Assembly (NCBI RefSeq): GCF_010501095.1
Contig: NZ_QVMP01000007.1
Coordinates: 1-32,000, forward strand
DNA length: 32,000 nt
Source: Dysgonomonas sp. 520
GTDB lineage: Bacteria; Bacteroidota; Bacteroidia; Bacteroidales; Dysgonomonadaceae
Direction of reading: 5' to 3'
Shown here: one piece after another, positions 18,874 through 28,733 of the stretch
How positions within the stretch are numbered: position 1 is the stretch's first letter
Layout: every line of letters begins with the position of its first letter
Position numbers and translations under genes: made by a program
The notes under the pieces: model-generated
Seen by the model: the letters and a program-made list of their open reading frames with translations, nothing else
What the model was told of the DNA's origin: nothing
The model's database searches: none

Positions 18874-20421
18874 ATGAAAAAATATATAATCGCTTTACTT
18901 TTGTCTATTGTTTTTTGCTCTGTTTCGGTCGATGCTCGAACGGACAATGATTCGTCAAAGGTGGTTTTAATGCCGGATGATCCGTATGCCTTTCTTTCGA
19001 TGAGAGTAGAACGTGACCCTGAAAAACTAGAGTATATCGAGGCTAAAATAGAAGCCGCAGGCGTTTTCTCTAGCGGAGATAATACACCATTTTGGATGAC
19101 AAATAACAATTATGGTATAGGCTCATTGGATAAAAATAATCAACATCTGCAAGTTGGGTTATTTGCAAATAAAAAGGTAGCAAGAATTAACAACAAACAG
19201 CTTTGGGCAAAGGGTGGGGTAGAGATTCTTGCGGCGAATAATTTTGAATCGGATTTTTATTTCCATCAATTATATGTTGATCTGAAATACAGGTCGTTAG
19301 GCTTGTCTATTGGAGCTAAAGAAAGAAAATCGGAATACCTGAACGATATGCTTAGTACGGGCGGTATGTCTCGCTCTATAAATGCCCGCCCGATACCACA
19401 AGTAGAAGCAGGTTTTCCCGATTATGTGACTGTTCCTTTCACTAATAATCTGTTGCACATCAAGGGTGCGCTTTCGTATGGATGGTTTACGGACAATAAA
19501 TTCTCGAAGAAAAATGCACAAGACGGCAACTATGCGTTGGATGTCCTTTATCATAATAAATACATCTTTTTCAAGTTCGACAAAAACAGGCCATTCAACT
19601 TTACGTTCGGCTTGGAAATGGCTGCACAATTTGGAGGAAAGATGTATCGTGACCACAAATACGTAGGAAACAGTCCTGCTAAATTGAAAGATTTCTTCAA
19701 AATTCTTATACCATCGTCGGGAGACAGTGATTCAAATGGAACAGATCAAATAAACATCTTGGGAAATATGTATGGAAGCTGGCACTTTCTGGGTAATTAC
19801 AAATTCAAAAACAATATTACACTGAAAGCCTATCACGATCATTTTTTCGATGACCATTCGGGAATGTGGTTTAAAAATAAATTCGATGGGCTTTGGGGTG
19901 TGGAGCTTTCATTCAACAAAAGACAGCCAATTACAAATATTTTGTTCGAATATGTGAACACCAAGAGCCAATCGGGTCCTTTTCTGTGGGATGAATCACC
20001 ATCGATACCCATACAAGTGAGTGCCGGAGACGATTATTACAACTCAGTGGACTATGTATCTGTAAGTAACTACGGTCAAAATATAGGTAATCCTTTGTTG
20101 GTTTCTCCTATCTACAATAATGGAAAATCTCTTTACATCTACAACAATCGGATTTCTGCTTTCCATCTGGGTGTTTCCGGATATGTAAGTTCGGAGGTTA
20201 GTTACAGGGCAAAATACACGTTATCGAAAAGTTGGGGCACATATTTTGTACCTTCAACAGATGTCAGAAAACAATATTCTTTTCTGCTGGATGTAAATTA
20301 TCAGCCATATTTCTTAGACGGTTGGTTATTCGGAGGCTCTCTCGCCTACGACGATTCGGATATGGTAGGGGACAATTTTGGAGTACGGTTCAAGGTCGCA
20401 AAATCTTTCTTTATCAAGTAA
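18874..20421 (+). CDS. Large secreted beta-rich protein, probable outer-membrane beta-barrel (possibly Wzi-like; uncertain)
   Basis: Signal peptide MKKYIIALLLSIVFCSVSV. Abundant alternating aromatic/aliphatic strands. C-terminal aromatic residue context (FKVAKSFFIK). Start moved to the ATG at 18874. Confidence 0.55.
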   Translation: MKKYIIALLLSIVFCSVSVDARTDNDSSKVVLMPDDPYAFLSMRVERDPEKLEYIEAKIEAAGVFSSGDNTPFWMTNNNYGIGSLDKNNQHLQVGLFANKKVARINNKQLWAKGGVEILAANNFESDFYFHQLYVDLKYRSLGLSIGAKERKSEYLNDMLSTGGMSRSINARPIPQVEAGFPDYVTVPFTNNLLHIKGALSYGWFTDNKFSKKNAQDGNYALDVLYHNKYIFFKFDKNRPFNFTFGLEMAAQFGGKMYRDHKYVGNSPAKLKDFFKILIPSSGDSDSNGTDQINILGNMYGSWHFLGNYKFKNNITLKAYHDHFFDDHSGMWFKNKFDGLWGVELSFNKRQPITNILFEYVNTKSQSGPFLWDESPSIPIQVSAGDDYYNSVDYVSVSNYGQNIGNPLLVSPIYNNGKSLYIYNNRISAFHLGVSGYVSSEVSYRAKYTLSKSWGTYFVPSTDVRKQYSFLLDVNYQPYFLDGWLFGGSLAYDDSDMVGDNFGVRFKVAKSFFIK

Positions 20422-20442
20422 AAATTAGACATTAATCACAAC

Positions 20443-21669
20443 ATGCTACACTATATAATCATAGCCATTTTTGTTCTTGACTTTATATGGGAACAATATC
20501 TGGCACACAGGAACCGAAAACGGATGAGTCCTCACATTCCCGATGTTTTGAAGGGAATATATAATGAAGAAAAATACGCCCGGCAGCAGGCTTATCAAAA
20601 AGAGTACAGCCGATTTGGACTATTATCGTCTTCGGTTTCGTTTGTTCTGATATTGCTAGTACTTGTTTTCAGGTTGTTCGGTTGGTTGGATGGCGAAATA
20701 CGTGAGCATATCGTATTTCCACTGCTTGTAACTTTGTGTTTTGTAGGTGTTCTGTATACCATTAACGAGTTGATTTACTTGCCATTCTCGTATTATGCTA
20801 CTTTCACTATTGAAAATAAATTCGGATTTAATAAATCTACAAAAAAAACATATTGGTCAGATCAGTTGAAAAGCCTTCTATTGGCTATTCTGTTGGGAGG
20901 CGGAATCTTATCCCTGTTGGTTTGGTTCTACAATGACTTCGAGAATACGGCATGGCTCTATGCGTGGGCACTGGTCACGGCGTTCTCATTGTTCATGAAC
21001 TTGTTTTATTCTAATCTGATAGTACCTCTGTTTAATAAACAAACACCATTGGAAGAAGGTGACTTGAGAAATGCGATAGAACAATTTGCTCAGAAAACAG
21101 GTTTCAATCTGACTGATATTTATGTGATGGATGCGTCGAAACGCACAACAAAGGCAAATGCATATTTCACGGGATTAGGAAAAAAGAAACGCATCGTATT
21201 GTTCGATACCCTGATCAATGATCTTGATACAGACGAAATTGTAGCCGTTTTGGCTCACGAAATAGGGCATTACAAAAAGAAGCACACGCTGCAAAGCCTT
21301 ATCACATCCATCATATACATGGGTGTTTTGCTTTACATCTTATCCTATTTCATAGGAAGCAGACAGTTGGCGACGGCTTTAGGTAGTGATATTCCATCTT
21401 TCCATTTAGGTATTATCGCCTTTTCTATTCTCTTCACACCCATTTCTCTGGTTTTGGGATTAATAACGAACGTTATCAGTCGGAAGAACGAATATCAGGC
21501 AGATGCCTTTGCCGCAAAATACGGTTTGGCTGATAGTTTAGTTTCGGGATTGAAAAAACTTTCAACCAAATCGCTAAGTAACTTGAACCCTGATCCTTGG
21601 AATGTGTTTGTATATTATTCACATCCAACTCTGTTGCAAAGGATGAAAAAATTGAAAGAAATTAAATAG
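20443..21669 (+). CDS. M48-family zinc metallopeptidase (Ste24/HtpX-like, integral membrane)
   Basis: HEIGH zinc motif (VLAHEIGHYKKKH), downstream E (NEYQAD), multiple transmembrane segments, C-terminal HPTLLQR. Confidence 0.85.
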   Translation: MLHYIIIAIFVLDFIWEQYLAHRNRKRMSPHIPDVLKGIYNEEKYARQQAYQKEYSRFGLLSSSVSFVLILLVLVFRLFGWLDGEIREHIVFPLLVTLCFVGVLYTINELIYLPFSYYATFTIENKFGFNKSTKKTYWSDQLKSLLLAILLGGGILSLLVWFYNDFENTAWLYAWALVTAFSLFMNLFYSNLIVPLFNKQTPLEEGDLRNAIEQFAQKTGFNLTDIYVMDASKRTTKANAYFTGLGKKKRIVLFDTLINDLDTDEIVAVLAHEIGHYKKKHTLQSLITSIIYMGVLLYILSYFIGSRQLATALGSDIPSFHLGIIAFSILFTPISLVLGLITNVISRKNEYQADAFAAKYGLADSLVSGLKKLSTKSLSNLNPDPWNVFVYYSHPTLLQRMKKLKEIK

Positions 21670-21696
21670 ATAAGACAATCAAGACATAAACCGGCA

Positions 21697-22932
21697 ATGA
21701 AAGCAGCAATAATAACAATCGGAGACGAAATACTTATAGGTCAAATCGTAGATACAAACTCGGCATGGATATCAGATAAAATGACGCAAGCCGGATTTGA
21801 AATAGAAGAATCTGTTTCGATCGGAGATAACGCCGACCAGATAAAAGATACAATTTCGGATGTTTTCAAGCGGGTGGATGTGATACTGATGACCGGCGGA
21901 TTGGGCCCGACAAAAGACGATATTACCAAAAAAACTTTATGCGAATATTTCAATACCTCCTTGGTTTTTGACAATTCCGTATTAGAAAATATCGAATCGT
22001 TTTTCGGAAAAGGAAAAGTTAACGAATTGACTAAAAATCAGGCTTATGTGCCTGAAAATTGCACAGTCATCCAGAATAGGGTGGGGACGGCTCCTATAAC
22101 TTGGTTCGATTGTGACGACAAAGTGTTGGTTTCTATGCCCGGCGTTCCTTACGAAATGCGTTTTGTGATGGAAAATGAGATTATACCTCGCCTGAAAGAT
22201 CGTTACGAGATAGATGCCTACCTGAAAAAAGTCTTGATAATAGGAGGATATTCCGAATCAGGATTGGCTATGTATCTGACTGATTTTGAGAATAGCTTGC
22301 CGGAAGGTTTCGGACTGGCTTATCTTCCAAGTTTGGGTATAGTGAAACTTCGGCTTTTTGTGAAAGGAGAACATCGACGTGCCCAATTTGACGAACAAGT
22401 GGATAAGCTGAAAACCTTACTTGAAAATAACATATTGTCGGAAGAAGATGCTCCTCTGGAAAAAATATTAGGTGGTATTCTTCTTGAAAAAGGGCTGACA
22501 ATAAGCACAGCCGAAAGTTGCACGGGAGGAAATATTGCCCATTTGATAACTTCCATTGCCGGATCTTCACGCTACTTTAAAGGAAGTGTAGTTTCATACG
22601 CAAATGAAACGAAAATAAATATTCTGCATGTTTCATCCGAAAACATCGAACGTGACGGAGCTGTGAGTGAGTCTGTTGTTCGGGAAATGGCCGAGAATGT
22701 GGCCAAACTTATTCGAACCGACTGCGCTATTTCGACTTCGGGAATTGCCGGACCGGATGGAGGTACAAGCGAAAAGCCTGTGGGAACAGTTTGGATTGCA
22801 ACGCATTATAATGGAAACACCATTGCCCAGCTATACAATAGAACGATGGGGCGTCATAGAGAAGCCAATATAACAAGGGCAACTACTTATGCTATGATTC
22901 AGCTAATTGAAATGATAAAAGGCAGGCTCTAG
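21697..22932 (+). CDS. cinA: CinA-family protein (MoCF-like domain plus nicotinamide-nucleotide amidase PncC domain)
   Basis: N-terminal GGLGPTKDD motif and C-terminal ESCTGG...SGIAGPDGG motifs. Confidence 0.9.
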   Translation: MKAAIITIGDEILIGQIVDTNSAWISDKMTQAGFEIEESVSIGDNADQIKDTISDVFKRVDVILMTGGLGPTKDDITKKTLCEYFNTSLVFDNSVLENIESFFGKGKVNELTKNQAYVPENCTVIQNRVGTAPITWFDCDDKVLVSMPGVPYEMRFVMENEIIPRLKDRYEIDAYLKKVLIIGGYSESGLAMYLTDFENSLPEGFGLAYLPSLGIVKLRLFVKGEHRRAQFDEQVDKLKTLLENNILSEEDAPLEKILGGILLEKGLTISTAESCTGGNIAHLITSIAGSSRYFKGSVVSYANETKINILHVSSENIERDGAVSESVVREMAENVAKLIRTDCAISTSGIAGPDGGTSEKPVGTVWIATHYNGNTIAQLYNRTMGRHREANITRATTYAMIQLIEMIKGRL

Positions 22933-23606
22933 TCCTCTAGCAAGTCGGGGCGCAGGCGCATGGTTCTTTCCAATGCTTGTTTCAATTTCCATTCGTCAAT
23001 CTTAGCCTGATGACCGGACAACAGGACATCGGGAACTTTCCACCCTTTATATTCAGACGGACGGGTATAGACGGGTGGTGCTAAAAGATTATCCTGAAAA
23101 GAATCGGATAGTGCCGACTGTTCGTCTCCTATGGCTCCCGGAATAAGGCGGACTATGGCATCGGTAATCATGGCGGCAACAAGTTCACCTCCGGTCAATA
23201 CAAAGTCGCCTATTGATATTTCTCTCGTAATCAGGTGCTCCCTGATACGGTAATCTATTCCTTTATAATGTCCGCAAAGAATAATGATGTTTTCGAAAGA
23301 CGACATCGTATTTGCCATCTTCTGGTTAAATTGCTCCCCGTCGGGCGATGTGTAAATTATTTCGTCATAATCCCGCTCCTTTTTCAGTGCCGATATAGCA
23401 TTATCTATCGGTTCTATTTGCATCACCATACCAGCCTCACCGCCAAATGGATAGTCATCCACCCTTTTATGCTTATCTGTTGTATAGTCACGCAGATTAT
23501 GGATGTGTATTTCAGTCAACCCCTTATCCTGAGCCTTTTTCAAGATAGAACAATTGAGAGGTTGCTCCAACATTTCGGGTAATACGGTAATTATATCAAT
23601 TCTCAT
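22929..23606 (-). CDS. trmD: tRNA (guanine37-N1)-methyltransferase
   Basis: 225 aa. The [12 protein letters not shown] start, GGEAGMVM, and the [11 protein letters not shown] and [11 protein letters not shown] motifs are typical of TrmD. Confidence 0.95.
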   Translation of the reverse strand: MRIDIITVLPEMLEQPLNCSILKKAQDKGLTEIHIHNLRDYTTDKHKRVDDYPFGGEAGMVMQIEPIDNAISALKKERDYDEIIYTSPDGEQFNQKMANTMSSFENIIILCGHYKGIDYRIREHLITREISIGDFVLTGGELVAAMITDAIVRLIPGAIGDEQSALSDSFQDNLLAPPVYTRPSEYKGWKVPDVLLSGHQAKIDEWKLKQALERTMRLRPDLLED

Positions 23607-23642
23607 AATTTCTTTGTTTCGAACAATACCCTATATTGAAAC

Positions 23643-23772
23643 CGTCTAGACTTTTTCGTTTTGTTCAATTTTGTCATCCTGAGAGTATCGAAGGATCTGT
23701 TTTTTTAGATGTTTCACTACGTTCAACATGACAAAAACTCAAAAATTAAGTATAATTTAAAAAGTCTAGATG
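23643..23772. repeat. MITE-like nested palindromic intergenic element
   Basis: Outer inverted repeat tctagacttttt (23645-23656) / aaaaagtctaga (23759-23770). Inner inverted repeat ttttgtcat (23669-23677) / atgacaaaa (23728-23736). The inner repeat encloses the core gtcatcctgagagtatcgaaggatctg. Confidence 0.45.
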
Positions 23773-23838
23773 ACTTCATTGTTTAAAAATTTATAAATGC
23801 AAAAATAGATAAAAATGCTTATCTTTTTCGTATAAAAC

Positions 23839-23867
23839 AAAAAGTTGCCTCAAAAAGGCAACTTTTT
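23839..23867 (-). terminator. Rho-independent terminator of the mutA-mutB operon (symmetrical)
   Basis: Perfect stem aaaaagttgcct / aggcaacttttt with a 5-nt loop, about 25 nt after the mutB stop. A/T runs on both sides. Confidence 0.8.
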
Positions 23868-23891
23868 ATGTCAATATTTATATGTATTTTA

Positions 23892-26039
23892 TTACTCTGC
23901 AAGTAATATTTCCATAATCTGAACAGCAGCTTTCGTAACCGAAGTACCCGGTCCAAAGATTGCGGCAACACCAGACTTGTAAAGGAAGTCGTAATCCTGT
24001 GCGGGTATAACCCCTCCTGCAATCACCACTATATCCTCACGACCAAGTTTCTTAAGTTCCGCTATCACCTGTGGCACAAGCGTTTTGTGACCCGCAGCCA
24101 GAGAAGATACTCCAAGAACATTCACGTCGTTTTCCACAGCCTGACGTGCAGCTTCTTCCGGAGTTTGGAACAATGGCCCCATATCTACGTCGAATCCACA
24201 GTCTGCATAACCGGTAGCAACTACTTTAGCTCCACGGTCGTGTCCGTCCTGACCCATTTTTGCAATCATAATACGGGGTTGACGACCTTCTTTCTTTGCG
24301 AATTCCGCCACAAGCTCTTTTGCTTGTTGGAATGTAGAATCATTTTTAGTTTCTGATGAATACACGCCTGATATTGTTCTGATTATAGCTTTATAACGAC
24401 CTACAACTACCTCGCAGGCATCTGAAATTTCACCTAGAGTAGCACGAACACGCGCTGCTTCCACCGCAAGTTCGAGCAAGTTTCCTTTTTTCGTTTTCAC
24501 GCATTCTGTGATAGCTTCCAATGCTTTCTTAACAGCATCATTGTCACGGTTAGCTTTCAGTTCGTTCAAACGCTCGATTTGCTGACGGCGAACTTCCGTG
24601 TTATCCACATCAAGAATATCAATAGGATCTTCTTTCTCCAAACGGTATTTGTTAACACCGATAATAGTTTGAGCACCCGAGTCAATTTTAGCCTGAGTAC
24701 GTGCAGCAGCTTCCTCGATACGCATTTTTGGAAGACCTGTTTCGATAGCTTTCGCCATGCCACCCAATTTTTGTATCTCTTGAATATGTTCCCACGCTTT
24801 ATGCACAAGTTCGTTTGTCAGTGTTTCCACATAATAAGAACCTGCCCAAGGGTCAATTTCTTTTGTAATCTGAGTTTCCTCTTGAATATATATCTGAGTA
24901 TTACGTGCAATACGTGCAGAAAAATCGGTAGGAAGTGCAATCGCTTCGTCCAACGCGTTGGTGTGAAGTGACTGAGTGTGTCCAAGTGCCGATGCCATTG
25001 CTTCGATACAAGTACGTCCTACGTTATTGAATGGGTCTTGCTCTGTCAGCGACCATCCCGAAGTTTGAGAGTGAGTACGCAAAGCCAGTGATTTCGGATT
25101 TTTGGCACCGAAACTTTTCACGATTTTCGCCCACAAAAGACGTCCGGCACGCATCTTGGCAATTTCCATAAAGTGATTCATGCCGATTGCCCAGAAGAAC
25201 GACAAACGTGGAGCGAAAGCATCCACATCAATGCCTGCGTCGATACCTGCTTTCAGGTATTCCATACCATCGGCAAGCGTATAAGCCAACTCGATATCGG
25301 CTGTTGCACCCGCTTCTTGCATGTGATAACCCGAAATAGAGATAGAGTTGAACTTAGGCATCTTCTGAGATGTATATTCAAAGATATCAGCGATAATCTT
25401 CATTGAAAATTCAGGTGGATAGATGTATGTATTACGCACCATGAATTCTTTCAGAATGTCATTCTGGATGGTACCTGCCATTTCTTCCAGTTTGGCACCT
25501 TGTTCCAATCCTGCATTGATGTAGAACGCAAGTACAGGAAGAACCGCACCGTTCATAGTCATAGATACTGACATCTGGCTCAACGGAATACCATCGAACA
25601 ACACTTTCATATCTTCAACCGAGCAGATAGAAACACCGGCTTTACCGACGTCACCCACCACACGAGGATGGTCGGCATCGTATCCACGGTGCGTAGCCAA
25701 GTCGAAAGCAACGGAAAGACCTTTTTGTCCCGATGCCAGGTTACGACGGTAGAATGCGTTGGATTCGGCAGCAGTAGAGAATCCTGCATACTGACGGATT
25801 GTCCAGGGACGCATAGCGTACATGCCCGAATATGGTCCACGAAGGAAGGGGGGTAATCCCGAAGCATAATTCAGATGCTCCATTCCTTCCAAATCTTCTT
25901 TTGTGTAAACGGATTTCACCGCAATAAGCTCAGGAGTCATCCAGTCTGCTTTGATATCATTGTCGGCAATCCATTTTGCAGCATCTGTCTGAGCAAATCC
26001 TGCATTTTTGATATCTATATTTTTAAAATCTGGTTTCAT
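23892..26039 (-). CDS. mutB: Methylmalonyl-CoA mutase large (catalytic, B12-binding) subunit
   Basis: 715 aa. TIM-barrel substrate-domain motifs ([21 protein letters not shown]) and a C-terminal cobalamin domain with DxHxxG (QDGHDRG). Confidence 0.95.
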   Translation of the reverse strand: MKPDFKNIDIKNAGFAQTDAAKWIADNDIKADWMTPELIAVKSVYTKEDLEGMEHLNYASGLPPFLRGPYSGMYAMRPWTIRQYAGFSTAAESNAFYRRNLASGQKGLSVAFDLATHRGYDADHPRVVGDVGKAGVSICSVEDMKVLFDGIPLSQMSVSMTMNGAVLPVLAFYINAGLEQGAKLEEMAGTIQNDILKEFMVRNTYIYPPEFSMKIIADIFEYTSQKMPKFNSISISGYHMQEAGATADIELAYTLADGMEYLKAGIDAGIDVDAFAPRLSFFWAIGMNHFMEIAKMRAGRLLWAKIVKSFGAKNPKSLALRTHSQTSGWSLTEQDPFNNVGRTCIEAMASALGHTQSLHTNALDEAIALPTDFSARIARNTQIYIQEETQITKEIDPWAGSYYVETLTNELVHKAWEHIQEIQKLGGMAKAIETGLPKMRIEEAAARTQAKIDSGAQTIIGVNKYRLEKEDPIDILDVDNTEVRRQQIERLNELKANRDNDAVKKALEAITECVKTKKGNLLELAVEAARVRATLGEISDACEVVVGRYKAIIRTISGVYSSETKNDSTFQQAKELVAEFAKKEGRQPRIMIAKMGQDGHDRGAKVVATGYADCGFDVDMGPLFQTPEEAARQAVENDVNVLGVSSLAAGHKTLVPQVIAELKKLGREDIVVIAGGVIPAQDYDFLYKSGVAAIFGPGTSVTKAAVQIMEILLAE

Positions 26040-26059
26040 TGTTTTATATTTATTTTTGT

Positions 26060-26087
26060 AAACGCAAAGACAGTAAGACGCTAAGAA
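26060..26087. repeat. Left terminal inverted repeat of the GxxExxY cassette
   Basis: AAAC followed by three tandem 8-mers GCAAAGAC AGTAAGAC GCTAAGAA. The last 8-mer overlaps the ORF stop codon. Confidence 0.5.
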
Positions 26088-26479
26088 ATAAAATAATTAT
26101 TGACTTTTCTTTTAATGCCTTCTTTCAATAAAGCAACATTGAAATTTATCAAATAACCCAGTCTCAAATCTGTAAGCTTTAAATAAGTTACTAATTGTAC
26201 TTCATCAACTTTGTGTAAAAGTTCACAAGATTTAAGTTCTATAATAATAAGGTTTTCTACCAGAATATCAATTTTGAAGAATTTGTCTAATTTCTGACCT
26301 TTATAAAAAACAGGTAGTTCCACTTGACTTTTTACTTCTAAATTTCTATTTCTTAATTCTTCACAAAGACAGATTTCATAGACAGACTCTAATAAACCGG
26401 GACCTAATTCCCGATGCACTTCAATGGATGCATCAAGAATATGTTTTCCGATTTCTTCGTATCTTTCTTTTAAAACCAT
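26081..26479 (-). CDS. GxxExxY protein (PD-(D/E)XK nuclease-superfamily fold)
   Basis: 132 aa. Literal GLLESVY (GxxExxY) motif and a D...ELK motif ([14 protein letters not shown]). Confidence 0.85.
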   Translation of the reverse strand: MVLKERYEEIGKHILDASIEVHRELGPGLLESVYEICLCEELRNRNLEVKSQVELPVFYKGQKLDKFFKIDILVENLIIIELKSCELLHKVDEVQLVTYLKLTDLRLGYLINFNVALLKEGIKRKVNNYFIS

Positions 26480-26505
26480 CTTTGTGTCTTTGCTTCTTAG
26501 CGTTT
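26478..26505. repeat. Right terminal inverted repeat of the GxxExxY cassette
   Basis: The reverse complement reads AAAC GCTAAGAA GCAAAGAC ACAAAGAT. It matches the left repeat at 20 of 28 positions. The inner 8-mer overlaps the ORF start codon. Confidence 0.5.
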
Positions 26506-26512
26506 ATATATA

Positions 26513-28408
26513 TTATTGAATTCCAAGTTTAGCATTGAATGTTCTTAATGTATCGAGCACGTTACTTCTCACATTAACGAAATGCTCAATTCCCTGAGCT
26601 TTCAATTCATCCATCGAAGCAGGAGCACCCGCTACAACAAAATGAGCTTTTCCTTGTATCAATTTGTGAGCTTCCGGAGCATATTCGGCATATTCATCGT
26701 CGCTAGAGCAAAGCACGATGATATCCGCTTTCTTGTCGAATGCAGCTTTCACACCTTCTTCCACAGTTTGGAAACCTAAGTTATCAATAACTTTATATCC
26801 TGCACAACCAAAGAAGTTAGCCGAGAACTGAGAACGAGCCAAACGCATAGCCAGATTACCGATAGTCAGCATGAATACAACAGGTGTTTTATCTGCTTTT
26901 TCAGTAGCCAGACGTAATTTTTCGAAGTCGGTAGCCAAACGTGTTGTTGGCAATGACTGAAGCGTACCTTGCGAGTGACCTTCGCCACATCCGCAGTTGC
27001 AACCACCTTCAACAATTTTGTGAGCAGCTGTTTCTGTGAAGTTAGGATATTGGTTAGTTCCCAACAGTATCTCGCGACGTGTTGCAACCGCTTTCGAACG
27101 ATTGGCAGCAGAAGCAGCGATAGCCGATTGAACTGTTCCGGCTTTCAATGCTTCGTAGAAACCTTTTTCGTCTGTTTCGAGGAATAATTTCCATGCTTGT
27201 TCAGCGATAGAAGACGTTAGGTTTTCGATATAATAAGAACCTGCCGAGGCATCGGTAATTTTATCGAAGTGACATTCTTCTTTCAACAGCAATTGTTGGT
27301 TACGTGCGATTCTTTCAGAGAAATCATCCGAATCTTTATAGGCTTCGTCGAAAGGAAGAACTGTTAAAGAATTGATACCCGCGATAGTTGCCGACATAGC
27401 TTCTGTTTGGCTACGAAGCAAGTTGACATGAGCATCGAAGATAGTCATATTGTAGGTAGAAGTTTCGGCATGTGCATAAATCTTGGCAGCACATCTGCAT
27501 AATCCGTCATCAGTTTTATTAGAACATTCGTTCGGACATTTAGGGTTGTAAGCCATTACTATTTCTGCCCACAACCAGCGTGCAGCACGGAATTTAGCTA
27601 TTTCCATGAAATAGTTTGAACCGATGCCAAAGTTGAATTTGATTTTCTTAGCAACCAAAGTTGCATCCAAACCTTTTTCTGTCAGTTTGCTCAATATTTC
27701 GTTACCGTTTGCCAATGCGTAACCTAGTTCCTGATAGATATAAGAACCTGCATTGTTTAAACGGGTTGCATTCACATTCAATACTCTGAAACGTGGAAGC
27801 GGAGCCGCAGCTAAAGCAATTTCAGCAGCTTTTTCCACCCACTCAGCATTGTCAACGCCCTTTTTGAGGATCGTTTTGAACGGGTCGTAATTAACCGATC
27901 CAAAGCATTGCAATACATCTACATTCTGCGATTTGATGTAATCTACAAGGATTTTCACCAATTCGAGAGAATGTTTCTGACAAGTTGAAAAATTCAACTC
28001 TACTGCTTCGGGATGAATACCGTTCAAAAGAGCTTTGATGTTTTCCGCATTCACATCCTTGCCCTTGATGTGGAAACCAAGTGACGTAACTCCCTTGTCT
28101 AAAATATCCAAAGCCTTTGCGTTAGCAGCTTTGAAATCAACAACATTGATGTCTTGACGCACATACCAGTTGTTGTCTTTTTTTGTTCCTCTTACGTAAG
28201 GAAACTCTCCGGGCAGTGAATCCACTGTCTTAAGACCTTCCAGATTTTCACCTCTGTAGAAAGGGTTAACATTAAATCCCTCGTTTGTTTTCCAAACGAG
28301 TTTCTTCTCAAAATCAGCACCTTTCAGATCGGCAGTTATTTTTGCCATCCATTCTTCCGTTGACACGGGAGGGAAATCTGTAAAAAGCTTTTCTTTTAGA
28401 TTTGCCAT
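26513..28408 (-). CDS. mutA: Methylmalonyl-CoA mutase small (non-catalytic) subunit
   Basis: 631 aa, homologous to the large subunit (FMEIAKFRAARWLWA, SERIARNQQ) but lacks DxHxxG in the C-terminal domain. Confidence 0.9.
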   Translation of the reverse strand: MANLKEKLFTDFPPVSTEEWMAKITADLKGADFEKKLVWKTNEGFNVNPFYRGENLEGLKTVDSLPGEFPYVRGTKKDNNWYVRQDINVVDFKAANAKALDILDKGVTSLGFHIKGKDVNAENIKALLNGIHPEAVELNFSTCQKHSLELVKILVDYIKSQNVDVLQCFGSVNYDPFKTILKKGVDNAEWVEKAAEIALAAAPLPRFRVLNVNATRLNNAGSYIYQELGYALANGNEILSKLTEKGLDATLVAKKIKFNFGIGSNYFMEIAKFRAARWLWAEIVMAYNPKCPNECSNKTDDGLCRCAAKIYAHAETSTYNMTIFDAHVNLLRSQTEAMSATIAGINSLTVLPFDEAYKDSDDFSERIARNQQLLLKEECHFDKITDASAGSYYIENLTSSIAEQAWKLFLETDEKGFYEALKAGTVQSAIAASAANRSKAVATRREILLGTNQYPNFTETAAHKIVEGGCNCGCGEGHSQGTLQSLPTTRLATDFEKLRLATEKADKTPVVFMLTIGNLAMRLARSQFSANFFGCAGYKVIDNLGFQTVEEGVKAAFDKKADIIVLCSSDDEYAEYAPEAHKLIQGKAHFVVAGAPASMDELKAQGIEHFVNVRSNVLDTLRTFNAKLGIQ

Positions 28409-28548
28409 GTTTATTATTTATAATAGTTTAGTATATAGGTTTATATTTTACTAATAATCAACACATTGCTTGAGCTCTTGTTTTTTGCAGGTCAATATTA
28501 CACATATAATATCTGATACTGAAAAACTTATCTACTCAAAAAACGACG

Positions 28549-28556
28549 CAAAGTTA
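28549..28556 (-). promoter_or_regulatory. -7 box (TAACTTTG on the minus strand) candidate promoter for mutA
   Basis: CAAAGTTA on the + strand, about 140 nt upstream of the mutA ATG and downstream of the 28693-28733 terminator. No good -33 element seen. Confidence 0.35.
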
Positions 28557-28692
28557 ACCCTTTTGTTTGGTTTATACAGCCAATAAATGGAGAAATTTCT
28601 AGCAAAAAGACACTCATTCTATTTTCTTTAAACCACACAAAATAATTATTAAGGTAAATTGATACCTTCACCTGACAATTGATGTGTTTTTG

Positions 28693-28733
28693 ATGAAAAA
28701 ATAAAGCGCAAGTATATCGATATGTACTTGCGC
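28693..28733 (-). terminator. Rho-independent terminator (minus strand)
   Basis: 9-bp perfect GC-rich stem gcgcaagta (28706-28714) / tacttgcgc (28725-28733). On the minus strand it is followed by UUUAUUUUUU. Confidence 0.7.

Noticed and set aside
28541-28553. aaacgacgcaaag resembles the AAACGCAAAGAC ends of the GxxExxY cassette
   Set aside because: It is a single short partial match with no partner repeat and no ORF. It also overlaps the putative mutA -7 box, so it is most likely chance similarity.
28409-28560. Possible cobalamin riboswitch or other leader element upstream of the B12-dependent mutA-mutB operon
   Set aside because: I could not find a B12-box-like GCCACTG core or the expected multi-stem architecture on the minus strand. 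The region is simply AT-rich. Only an Infernal scan could settle it.
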